Positions 1-7,956 of a stretch of DNA of 51,590 nt are shown one piece after another. Positions within the stretch are counted from its first letter, which is position 1. Every line of letters starts with the position of its first letter. The stretch is taken from the IMG/VR virus record IMGVR_UViG_3300044822_000051, positions 1-51,590 of that record. One strand, given 5' to 3'. The DNA comes from a virus. Its lineage: Duplodnaviria; Caudoviricetes. Below the pieces are notes generated by a model. That model was not told where the DNA came from, searched no databases, and saw only the letters and a list, made by a program, of their open reading frames with translations. Position numbers and translations under genes: made by a program.

Positions 1-127
1 TTCCAACCCCCGAGGGGGTGGCCGTCTGCCACGTGGTCTAAGAGGTGCCATGGTTGATTGTTGCCGATTATCAGCGGCTCACCTCCATCACCTATTTTAA
101 AGGTTTCGGCATTCGGCACCCAGTGCT
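1..127. repeat. Terminal direct repeat (assembly overlap), copy 1
   Basis: 1-127 is identical to 51464-51590 and the polymerase ORF reads through the join. Confidence 0.97.
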
Positions 128-452
128 GCCGGCCGCGACCGTCCAACAGATCGTAAACGAGGGATAGAATTTCGAATGTTGGATGTTGTACGTAGTTGCG
201 GACGCCTACGGCGCTAAGGCCCTTATTATCCCCGTTCAATCCGGGCAGGTTATCCAGCTCAACCTTTGGCTCAACCCATTTTGGCACGGGCGGGAGCTGG
301 ATGGGGTTCTTACGGCTGATTCGTTGTTTGACCCATTTGTAGTACCCAGGCACCTGTATCCAACGGTAACCCGCTTCAGAGTAGGTCTCGAAGTCACAGG
401 ATGGTACCAGCGTGCTCCATCCGTGCAACGCGGCGCGACGTGGGTAATTCAT
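1..452 (-). CDS. DNA polymerase family A, N-terminal 3'-5' exonuclease part (continues at 51463->49561; ~784 aa total)
   Basis: Manual translation from ATG at 452: MNYPRR...PSCDFETYSEAG (ExoI DxET)...YVQHPTFEILSLVYD, in frame with 49561..51582; ATGA overlap with the upstream gene. Confidence 0.93.
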   Translation of the reverse strand, partial: MNYPRRAALHGWSTLVPSCDFETYSEAGYRWIQVPGYYKWVKQRISRKNPIQLPPVPKWVEPKVELDNLPGLNGDNKGLSAVGVRNYVQHPTFEILSLVYDLLDGRGRQHWVPNAETFKIGDGGEPLIIGNNQPWHLLDHVADGHPLGGW

Positions 453-649
453 GGGTTCCAATTGCCGATTTCTAACACGTCATCAGCGTGGCTCATGATG
501 TGAATCTTGCTCAACTCCTCCTTGACCGTCGTACGCATCGGGTTTTTAAACCGCTCCATTGCCGTGTTGAATTTGCGCACATATTCCAACACTTCGGCAG
601 AAGGCTCTGTCTCCGTGACTTCAACCCCACACAACGCGCATTTCGTCAT
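449..649 (-). CDS. Hypothetical protein, 66 aa (MTKCALCG...)
   Basis: AGGAG RBS before ATG 649; stop overlaps the polymerase start. Confidence 0.75.
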   Translation of the reverse strand: MTKCALCGVEVTETEPSAEVLEYVRKFNTAMERFKNPMRTTVKEELSKIHIMSHADDVLEIGNWNP

Positions 650-658
650 TCGAATCTC

Positions 659-859
659 CTGTTTATAAACAGACAAATTGGAGAGGGTTCTGTTCAAAGG
701 CTTCCCAGATCCCCGCGATGCCTATACCGCGTTACCCTGTTTTATATTTCAGGGTCCCTCTCCAATTCGCCCATTTCCCGCAAGCTGCCCCGGTCATTAA
801 CCCAGGTTAAGAGTGAGCAACAGCTTGCGGGCGGGACGCGGTCAGTGTGTGAAATGACC
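659..859 (-). ncRNA. Candidate structured RNA (hairpin, long hairpin, multi-way junction, RBS-adjacent palindrome)
   Basis: Stems 676-687/756-767 (12 bp), 777-787/821-831 (11 bp), 734-739/750-755, 714-719/726-731, 797-802/805-810, 840-844/855-859; mismatches become G-U pairs on the minus strand. Confidence 0.6.
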
Positions 860-1930
860 TTACTGAATATACCCCTCAGCGCGTAGTTGCGCATCTGTCC
901 ATTTGTTGGCGACGAATGTCGCGTACGGGATATTCCCCGCCTTCGGCAACATCACCGGGCCGGCCGCTGCAGGTGGTGCAGGTGCCGCGGGCGGTGGCGG
1001 TGGTGGCGCAGCTCCTTGATTGAGGAACGACGGCGCAGGCGTCACATACGTGGGCGTGGCGGCCGGCCCAGGCGGGGGCGGTGGGCTAGAAGGGTATGCT
1101 ACACCCGCTGTCGTCGGGGCCGGGGCACCCGGTAAAGCAGGGGGTGCCGGTGGCGGGGCAAATCCCCCTGGTGCAGGCGCAGGGGGCAGAGCTGCACCGG
1201 GCACACCAGGGTATCCACCCAGAGCCGCCCCAGGCGTAGGGAAAGCTGCACTTGGCTGCGCAATGGCCGGCGCTCCCACGGCCTGTACGCCACTCGGCAG
1301 CGCGGCACGACCGAAACCGGCCACCGTGCGCGGGTCGGTGCCGCCACTATGGATTTCCTTATCGATACCACGAAGCATGATGAACTCGGCGCCAACGTAG
1401 ATGCCGGGGTTACGCTGAGTCTCGTTTGTGTCGATCTGAGCAATAACCTCAACCCAAAATCCGCACTTGACCGCGCCGGGCTCCATCAGTGGCATAAAGT
1501 TGGTATCGATCATCTTGGGCGGGATCGGGCTGGACAGCTTCACAATCCAATTGCCCTTGAAGCCTTCCGTGTTCGCGTTTATACGGTTGTTTTTATTGGG
1601 TTTGGTGCTGTCACCATCCTCAATTTTCCATGAGAAATCGTCGCGCGCCATTTGGCCCGTCTGCGGGTTGATCAGTGTTGGCCACACTGCGTGCCCAAAC
1701 TGCCAAATGACTGTGCCCCACTCCGTTTGCGCCCAGTGTGTGTGCCCGGCGATTTTCGGCACCGCCAGCGCAATGTAGTAGGTGATCTTGGGTTGACCGG
1801 CTTTCGGATGGCCCGCCGGGAATACCCGCTTTTGCTTCGTTTCGTAGTCGGTATCATTCGCCTTGTACGGATCGCCTTGGACGACGCGCCCAAAGATGCC
1901 TACTTTGATTTTATCGACCATGTGTTGCAT
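860..1930 (-). CDS. Single-stranded DNA-binding protein (DUF2815/T7 gp2.5-like) with Pro-rich C-terminal region
   Basis: GRVVQG...WKIEDGD...VKCGFWV...NPGIYV motifs; located between nuclease and polymerase. Confidence 0.75.
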   Translation of the reverse strand: MQHMVDKIKVGIFGRVVQGDPYKANDTDYETKQKRVFPAGHPKAGQPKITYYIALAVPKIAGHTHWAQTEWGTVIWQFGHAVWPTLINPQTGQMARDDFSWKIEDGDSTKPNKNNRINANTEGFKGNWIVKLSSPIPPKMIDTNFMPLMEPGAVKCGFWVEVIAQIDTNETQRNPGIYVGAEFIMLRGIDKEIHSGGTDPRTVAGFGRAALPSGVQAVGAPAIAQPSAAFPTPGAALGGYPGVPGAALPPAPAPGGFAPPPAPPALPGAPAPTTAGVAYPSSPPPPPGPAATPTYVTPAPSFLNQGAAPPPPPPAAPAPPAAAGPVMLPKAGNIPYATFVANKWTDAQLRAEGYIQ

Positions 1931-1938
1931 TTCTCCAG

Positions 1939-3123
1939 TTAGGATTTTTCAGGGGTTGATGCGTACCCAAACGCCTTGCGGAATTGGGTTTCATCGTCGG
2001 GTATCAGTTTCATACCTCCTGAGGGGCGGTGAGAGTATAACTTCACCGTTGCCTCGTCAATGCCCGCTTTAATGGCCTGCGTGGGAGTAACCAATTGCTG
2101 CGGCTTACGCACATCAACACCTAACATGTGGCCCATAGCAACCAAGTGTTGTATAGGCGTATCCTTGTTCCACGTGCGCCGGCCTTCTACGGGCGCATAC
2201 CGCCAAAACGGTACTTGTTGGCCCGCGTTGATGGATGCCTCAGCCCGAGCACGTAGGCCGTCGTAACGCCCTTCTAACATTTTGAGCGCCCATTTCACAA
2301 GGCGCAGCTCTACGCCCACGGCTGCGGGTGTCATGGCGTCAGGCTCGGCTTTGCCAACGTACTGCAGTACGTTACTGATGGATCGGCGATAAGTGCCGCA
2401 GTCGGCGTTTGCCCGGCAATCAACACAGTGCGGGCCACTGATGGTGCGCGGTGATTCAGATAAGGCTTCGACCACGGCGGGTACGATCACCGTCACCGCG
2501 TACCGATACAGGTCCGCCAGCATCAACGGCCGATTGTCTAATGTGCGCCACTCACGCACGGGCCCCTCGTGGTGAAACGCGCGCGGTTGGACGATGGTAA
2601 GGCATACAGGCGTTTCCCACGCGAGCTGTAGCCGCTCCTGTACGCCCAGCGCATAGGCAATGAGCTGCGGGTTTTCGAATACCTCCACGTGTCGATAGCC
2701 GTATTTGTAGTCTACGACTTTGAGTAATCGGACTGTCGGGGCACCTAGATCGTGTGAAGTTGGTATGTCTACAACACGCCAATAGTCCGGCGTACCCCAA
2801 CACTCCGGTATGATGTGCTTGGCGCTCACTGGTTCCTCAAATTGGCCATTGCCGGTAAACTGAGCCTCCCCAGCGTACATAATGGCGCCGTCTAACATGT
2901 CATCATCAATTTCCCATGTGCGGCCGGCGTGTATGAACCTGTCGCCAACCTTGGGCTCCCACTTGCGCGACGCGACTCCCATAGCCACGAGGTGGGCCGC
3001 CTGACCTTCTAACTCTTCATCGGTGTCAGGCAGCGCGGGTACTAACTCCTGCATCTTGACGGAACCGGGGCACGCGACCGTCAAGTGCAGACCGCTGGGC
3101 GCAATTCTCGCGTGTGCGCCCAT
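1939..3123 (-). CDS. Cas4-like PD-(D/E)XK exonuclease (DUF2800)
   Basis: HARIAPS...CPGS, GTPD, VVDYKYG, NPQLIAYALG, GPHCVDCRA...C. Confidence 0.88.
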   Translation of the reverse strand: MGAHARIAPSGLHLTVACPGSVKMQELVPALPDTDEELEGQAAHLVAMGVASRKWEPKVGDRFIHAGRTWEIDDDMLDGAIMYAGEAQFTGNGQFEEPVSAKHIIPECWGTPDYWRVVDIPTSHDLGAPTVRLLKVVDYKYGYRHVEVFENPQLIAYALGVQERLQLAWETPVCLTIVQPRAFHHEGPVREWRTLDNRPLMLADLYRYAVTVIVPAVVEALSESPRTISGPHCVDCRANADCGTYRRSISNVLQYVGKAEPDAMTPAAVGVELRLVKWALKMLEGRYDGLRARAEASINAGQQVPFWRYAPVEGRRTWNKDTPIQHLVAMGHMLGVDVRKPQQLVTPTQAIKAGIDEATVKLYSHRPSGGMKLIPDDETQFRKAFGYASTPEKS

Positions 3124-3126
3124 ACG

Positions 3127-4236
3127 TCACAGCCCTATCATCAAATCGAAAGCAGCCTCGATCTGAGGGATAAGTGCCTCGTATTGCGACGTCCCCAGCG
3201 CGTTCAAGTTGGGAGCGCCGTACTCCTGCACCGTGGGCTGTACTCGGCGCGGGTCCAACCTGCCATTAGTCGTAGCAGCCATCAACTTGTCCATCAGCCT
3301 TTTGTATGCGGATACAGCGCCAACGGCGGCGTTACCGGCGGGTTGTGCAGGTGGTGCAACGGGTGCGAGTGCAGAAACCGGCACTGTTGGGAGTGGAGAC
3401 GGTGCAGGCACGGCAAAGCTAAGGGGAACTCCCGGCGGCGGGGGCGTAGGCACGGGACCGGGGGGAGGCGGCACCGTTTGTGCTGGCCGGTTCGGATCAC
3501 TGGGCAAATAGCCGAGGGTTGGATTGTGCGCGTCGGAATATGTTGGCGCGGGGCTGCTAACAATCAACTTAGGCGGTGGCGGCGGGGGCGGCATCAGCCC
3601 AGCAACGGCATTCAACTGTGCGGCATTGTCAGCAGTAGGGCTGTATCCCGCGTGAGACGCAACGCGGCGCGCACTCAGCTCTTGGATGACTTGTTGCGCG
3701 AAGGCCGGATCTAGGCCCTTTTGCAGTTTCCAAGTACCGTCTCTCTTCTGGCCCTTGCCCTTTTGATGGATGCGCGCATCCCACGGCAGGCCGGAACGGT
3801 CAATTTCAGCCGCAGCTGCCACAGGTCTCGCCGTCGGGGTCGCGGGGGCCGATGTAACCGCGGTAGGGGCACTCGCACGGGGTGCGGGCGACGGGGCGGG
3901 TCCTGGGGGTCCCGGAAAGGGCGGTGCCGGCGGAAAAGGGACAACGTTTCCGTTACGTTCTTCAATGCCTGCCACGGCGGGTGGCGTAAGAGGTTGAGGC
4001 ACCGCGGGCGGCAACGGCGCGACCGGCGTCGAATACAACACCGTATCAGGCGGTGGCGGCGGGGGCACCTCGAATTTAGGCGCGCGCTCTTTCACTGGCA
4101 CCGGAGCTGCTTTCACAGTTCCGGCCGGAACTGAAGCCTCGAACTCGGGAATGTCACCGGCTAACATCAGGAGCGCGGCGGCGCCAGCGCGAAACTGCTG
4201 CGGGCCATCGGTAGTAGTATCGAACTCAATTTTCAT
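3127..4236 (-). CDS. Pro-rich hypothetical replication-module protein
   Basis: Long ORF with GAGG RBS; core DRSGLPWDARIH..K..DGTWK..KG flanked by Pro-rich tracts. Confidence 0.8.
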   Translation of the reverse strand: MKIEFDTTTDGPQQFRAGAAALLMLAGDIPEFEASVPAGTVKAAPVPVKERAPKFEVPPPPPPDTVLYSTPVAPLPPAVPQPLTPPAVAGIEERNGNVVPFPPAPPFPGPPGPAPSPAPRASAPTAVTSAPATPTARPVAAAAEIDRSGLPWDARIHQKGKGQKRDGTWKLQKGLDPAFAQQVIQELSARRVASHAGYSPTADNAAQLNAVAGLMPPPPPPPKLIVSSPAPTYSDAHNPTLGYLPSDPNRPAQTVPPPPGPVPTPPPPGVPLSFAVPAPSPLPTVPVSALAPVAPPAQPAGNAAVGAVSAYKRLMDKLMAATTNGRLDPRRVQPTVQEYGAPNLNALGTSQYEALIPQIEAAFDLMIGL

Positions 4237-4262
4237 TTTTCAGCCTCTTGGTAGGCGTGGGG

Positions 4263-4306
4263 TTGACGGGAGGCGGACCTTACGCCAGACTGACGCCCCC
4301 GTCAAC
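4263..4306. promoter_or_regulatory. Overlapping divergent sigma70 promoters with TGAC-N6-GTCA operator
   Basis: Rightward TTGACG-17-CAGACT; leftward TTGACG-17-TAAGGT; ACTGACGCCCCCGTCAAC at 4289-4306. Confidence 0.7.
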
Positions 4307-4320
4307 TGTGGAGATGGGAC

Positions 4321-4542
4321 ATGAAAGTCCAGCGCTACGTCGTGTTGCACGAGCCTCGCCAAAATTGGGCATGGGTAGTCACTGATCACGGCGGCCCGTC
4401 AGTTGCCAGATGTAAAACAGAGAAAGAAGCCGAACGCGTAGCCGACGCTCTCAATCTGGCACGTCGCGTAGCCGCTTTCAAAGCGCCGGGCGTTCATTGG
4501 TTCGAGAGCCTTCAGGATGATGCGAGAGAGCTACTTAAATAA
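4321..4542 (+). CDS. Hypothetical protein
   Basis: GGAG RBS; TAATG coupling to the helicase. Confidence 0.75.
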   Translation: MKVQRYVVLHEPRQNWAWVVTDHGGPSVARCKTEKEAERVADALNLARRVAAFKAPGVHWFESLQDDARELLK

Positions 4543-6248
4543 TGCCACTCTACGATTTCCAAGAGCAAGTCAAGAACGAGACCTACGCGCGTTGGCAGGA
4601 GCCGGACGTGTTTAACGTCATTGCCTCCATGGCCACGGGCGGCGGGAAAACGGTCACGTTTTGTCAAATCGTCCAAGATTTCAATGCCCCCGCGTGTATC
4701 ATCGCCCACCGTCAGGAGCTAGTCTCTCAGGCGTCCCTAGCACTCAACCGGGCAGGCATACAACATGACATCATTGCGCAGTCGGCTACTCGACAGGCTA
4801 TTATTCGCGTTCATTACGATACTGATGGCGATAGTCATTTTCGTCGCGGCGCTCCAATACGTGTTGCAGGCGTGGATACCCTGCTTAACCACGATCTTAC
4901 AGACCGATGGCTGTCGCAGGTTGGCCTTGTCGTGCCTGATGAAGGGCACCATGTGCAGCGCGAGAATAAGTGGGGAAAAACCATCGGGATGCTCCCGAAT
5001 GCCCGAGGATTTTTTCCTACCGCTCACCCCCTACGTGCTGACGGCCGTGGCCTGGGTCGCAACAGCGATGGGTTGGGGGACGCTATTGTTGTGGGGCCGC
5101 ATGCTCGCCTACTCATCAACCGAGGTTTTCTTACTGACTATCGCCTGTTCTGCCCATCTAGTGACATTGATTTTCATAACCTTGATGTCGGTCCAAGCGG
5201 TGAGTACAGCGCACCGAAGCTGCAAGCCGTTACCCACGCGTCCAACACCATTGTGGGGGACGTTGTTAAATCATACCTCAAGCTTGCCCCCGGTAAGTTA
5301 GGTGTCACGTTCGCGGTTGATGTCAAAGGCAAAAACGGCGCACAAGCCATCGCAGCGGCGTACAACGCGGCGGGCGTGCCCGCGCAGGTCATTACGGCAA
5401 ATACGCCCATCGCTGTTAGGGCCGACTACATGCGCCAATTTCGGGCCCGTCTTTTGCTTCAGCTCGTATCCGTGGATTGCTTGGGTGAGGGTGTTGACGT
5501 GCCTGCAATTGAGGTTGTCAGCATGGTCCGCAAAACCGCCAGTTTCCAACTGTACGCACAGCAATTTGGCCGCGCGCTGCGCGTTATGGTCGGCGACGAA
5601 CACCAAAGGAACTGGGGTAGTTACACAGATGAACAACGACTTATTGTCATTGCTAATTCAGCTAAGCCGAAAGCGATAATTATTGACCATGTTGGAAACT
5701 ACGCGTTTCATGGACTTCCTGACGTTCCTCGCACTTACAGCTTGGATCGCGCTGAGTGTCGCGCGCGCCCGAAGGCCGGCCCGGAATCCCTTAAGGCGTG
5801 TCCTCAATGCACACAGGCGTTCGAGAGATTTTTGTCCACATGTCCCTATTGCGGTTTCGCGCCCGAGCCCCGTGGCCGAGGCACGCCCGAGCAAGTTGAA
5901 GGCGATATCATCGAATTATCTCCTGAGGTGCTGGCTAGTCTGCGTGGTGAAATTGCGCTTTTGGATGGCTCGGCGCCTGATTACGGTCGCGATGTGGTTG
6001 GAAACTCTGTCCGCAAAAATCATCACAACAAACAGTCGGCGCAATTGACTCTTCGGGGCGTGATGGCCATATGGGCGGGCTGGCGTTTCAAGCTTGGTGA
6101 GAATATGAAGGACGCCAACCGCCGATTTTGGTATACCTACGGCATGGACGTTCTAACTGCGCAAACGTTAGGTGTTAAAGATGCCGCCGAGCTGCAGGCC
6201 CGAATACAGACCGAGTTACAACAGAATTACGTAGAGGTGAGAACATGA
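4542..6248 (+). CDS. Superfamily 2 DEAD/DEAH-box helicase with C-terminal Zn ribbon
   Basis: ATGGGKT, DEGHH, EGVDVP, QQFGRALR, IIDHVGN, CPQC..CPYCG. Confidence 0.93.
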   Translation: MPLYDFQEQVKNETYARWQEPDVFNVIASMATGGGKTVTFCQIVQDFNAPACIIAHRQELVSQASLALNRAGIQHDIIAQSATRQAIIRVHYDTDGDSHFRRGAPIRVAGVDTLLNHDLTDRWLSQVGLVVPDEGHHVQRENKWGKTIGMLPNARGFFPTAHPLRADGRGLGRNSDGLGDAIVVGPHARLLINRGFLTDYRLFCPSSDIDFHNLDVGPSGEYSAPKLQAVTHASNTIVGDVVKSYLKLAPGKLGVTFAVDVKGKNGAQAIAAAYNAAGVPAQVITANTPIAVRADYMRQFRARLLLQLVSVDCLGEGVDVPAIEVVSMVRKTASFQLYAQQFGRALRVMVGDEHQRNWGSYTDEQRLIVIANSAKPKAIIIDHVGNYAFHGLPDVPRTYSLDRAECRARPKAGPESLKACPQCTQAFERFLSTCPYCGFAPEPRGRGTPEQVEGDIIELSPEVLASLRGEIALLDGSAPDYGRDVVGNSVRKNHHNKQSAQLTLRGVMAIWAGWRFKLGENMKDANRRFWYTYGMDVLTAQTLGVKDAAELQARIQTELQQNYVEVRT

Positions 6249-6343
6249 GCAGTCAAGTCAGGTGCAACGGGTGCGGGAAACTATCGCCCATCGTGGCGCC
6301 CTGTTGCCCGCACTGCGCGGTAGCACGTAAGGGCGGCCTATGA
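6245..6343 (+). CDS. 32-aa Zn-ribbon microprotein
   Basis: MSSQVRCNGCGKLSPIVAPCCPHCAVARKGGL; GAGG RBS; ATGA overlaps at both ends. Confidence 0.6.
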   Translation: MSSQVRCNGCGKLSPIVAPCCPHCAVARKGGL

Positions 6344-6831
6344 CTCTCATAGAGTGGGCTGAGAAATGGCGCATCCCTGATGCCGCCATTGCCGAGCTGT
6401 GCCGTTCTACGCTCCATGAGGGGCCGCGCGAGCCTGGTGACAAAGAGGGTGTTGTACAGTCTGATATTCGTTTGAAGGCTGGGCGCACGTCTCTGCTACC
6501 GTGGGGACAGCACACGTACTTGTATCGGAATAACCGGGGGGCCGGCAAACTCACAAACGGCTCATACGTGCGTTGGGGCTTGGCGAATGATTCGGAACGG
6601 CTTGGCGCATCGGTTAAATCAGCCGATTTGATCGGATGGGAGCAGGTGCGCATTACGCAAGAGCACGTGGGCTCAGTCATTGCCCGGTTTCTCTCCATCG
6701 AAGTCAAACGGCGCAATTGGAAGTTTGCGGCATCTTTGGAGGAGTGTGCACAAGTGCATTGGGCGTCTGTTGTGAACGCCCAGGGCGGCCGGGCCGTTAT
6801 TACCAACACTGACGGGAGTGTGTCAACATGA
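6340..6831 (+). CDS. VRR-NUC nuclease / Holliday junction resolvase
   Basis: RNNRGA, VRWGL, SADLIG, FLSIEVK, GGRA. Confidence 0.88.
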   Translation: MTLIEWAEKWRIPDAAIAELCRSTLHEGPREPGDKEGVVQSDIRLKAGRTSLLPWGQHTYLYRNNRGAGKLTNGSYVRWGLANDSERLGASVKSADLIGWEQVRITQEHVGSVIARFLSIEVKRRNWKFAASLEECAQVHWASVVNAQGGRAVITNTDGSVST

Positions 6832-7145
6832 GTTTTAAGTGGATAATACTAAACACCATTTTAATAGCAGGTTTGGTGTGCGGCTTGGATTACGCCGCAT
6901 GGGAATTGGGTAAAACCGTTTCCAAACCAAATCATTCGGCCGTGCTCGCAAGCGATGCTAGCGGGCAATGCGAAAAACCTGACGGTCGCGGTGAATACAA
7001 CGTAAAGGCTAACTCAGGCTGCGACGCCAAGTTATCGGAGGTGGAGGGGTTTCTCATGAAAAACGGCACCGTGTGCGTCGTTCCAAGTACCCAAAAAGCC
7101 GGCGACTACGGGAATTGGCACTGTTACATCAAGGCGGCGTTGTGA
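6828..7145 (+). CDS. Hypothetical protein with N-terminal membrane anchor
   Basis: Hydrophobic N-terminus; translationally coupled. Confidence 0.7.
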   Translation: MSFKWIILNTILIAGLVCGLDYAAWELGKTVSKPNHSAVLASDASGQCEKPDGRGEYNVKANSGCDAKLSEVEGFLMKNGTVCVVPSTQKAGDYGNWHCYIKAAL

Positions 7146-7360
7146 GCGATTTTCACATTGAGGTTATATGCCACGTCGATCCACCAAAGGATAAACCTTG
7201 GATGCGGCCAAAGCCGGAAACCGTGTGGGTTGGTATCGTGCCTTGGATACCGCGCATGGGTGATACCGTGGCGTGGAATGACTGCGGCTATGACAGAGCT
7301 GTTAAATACGTCTGCTACGATTTAGACAACCGAAAGGTAACCGTGGAGTTAGAGCCATGA
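7142..7360 (+). CDS. Hypothetical protein
   Basis: GTGA/ATGA coupling to neighbours. Confidence 0.65.
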   Translation: MSDFHIEVICHVDPPKDKPWMRPKPETVWVGIVPWIPRMGDTVAWNDCGYDRAVKYVCYDLDNRKVTVELEP

Positions 7361-7620
7361 AAATCCTGAAGCAAGGCGAGCCGGCCAAGCTGTACGGCTG
7401 CTGCACTAGGTGCAGGACTGTGGTGGAGACTGATGCGAGGGAGGCAACCAAGGACGGTCCGAGTCAATACATGGTGAAGTGCCCAACATGCGGCACGTAT
7501 TTCCCCGTGTGGGGGCAGGCGGTGCACGTTGATGGTGTTAGGTATCCCCCCGCAAAGCCTGAACCGACGACCACGCGCCTCTGCGGCGCTGGCTTGACAC
7601 TCCCGTCAGTTAAGTCTTAG
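7357..7620 (+). CDS. Zn-finger hypothetical protein
   Basis: CTRC and CPTC pairs. Confidence 0.7.
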   Translation: MKILKQGEPAKLYGCCTRCRTVVETDAREATKDGPSQYMVKCPTCGTYFPVWGQAVHVDGVRYPPAKPEPTTTRLCGAGLTLPSVKS

Positions 7621-7623
7621 AGT
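7593..7623 (+). promoter_or_regulatory. Promoter with operator overlapping -35, upstream of TetR-like gene
   Basis: TTGACA-18-TAGAGT; TGAC-ACTCCC-GTCAGT. Confidence 0.65.
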
Positions 7624-7647
7624 GCAGACTCAGCCGAAGATTTTACT

Positions 7648-7938
7648 ATGTTAAAACAAGACATTCTTGCCGCCGCTACCCGTCTCGCCCAGGTGAAGGG
7701 CTATCGTCGCGTGACTCGCGAAGAGGTGGCCGAGTCGGCTGGGTGCGTAGAGTCCACGGTGAGCTACCATTTCGGCGACATGGATGCTTTTCGCACGGCG
7801 GTTGTTGAGTACGCCGTCGCGAACGAAGTACTAGACGTGCTCGCCGATGCACTCGCATCAAGGCATCCGGCGGCTATCGCGGCCCCTGAGCCGCTGCGGC
7901 GCAAGGCCGTCCGATACCTCGCCGACTCCCTGCGCTAA
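7648..7938 (+). CDS. TetR/AcrR-type HTH transcriptional regulator (short)
   Basis: ILAAATRL...GYRRVTREEVAESAGCVESTVSYHFGDMD matches the TetR N-terminal HTH. Confidence 0.88.
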   Translation: MLKQDILAAATRLAQVKGYRRVTREEVAESAGCVESTVSYHFGDMDAFRTAVVEYAVANEVLDVLADALASRHPAAIAAPEPLRRKAVRYLADSLR

Positions 7939-7956
7939 CTCGGCGTCCCGCACGCC

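Noticed and set aside
1-127. Terminal repeat as biological genome end
   Set aside because: It falls inside the polymerase gene and 127 nt is a common assembler k-mer overlap; it indicates circular assembly only
183-503. Plus-strand ORF at the window start
   Set aside because: Antisense shadow of the polymerase N-terminus
659-859. Hammerhead ribozyme or tRNA gene in the structured region
   Set aside because: No CUGANGA/GAAA core at a junction and no T-loop or CCA features
1939-3123. Cas4 as part of a CRISPR system
   Set aside because: Solo DUF2800 nuclease in its usual SSB-polymerase context
7648-7938. Lysogeny module
   Set aside because: No integrase, CI/Cro pair or ParAB recognised; lifestyle cannot be settled from sequence alone
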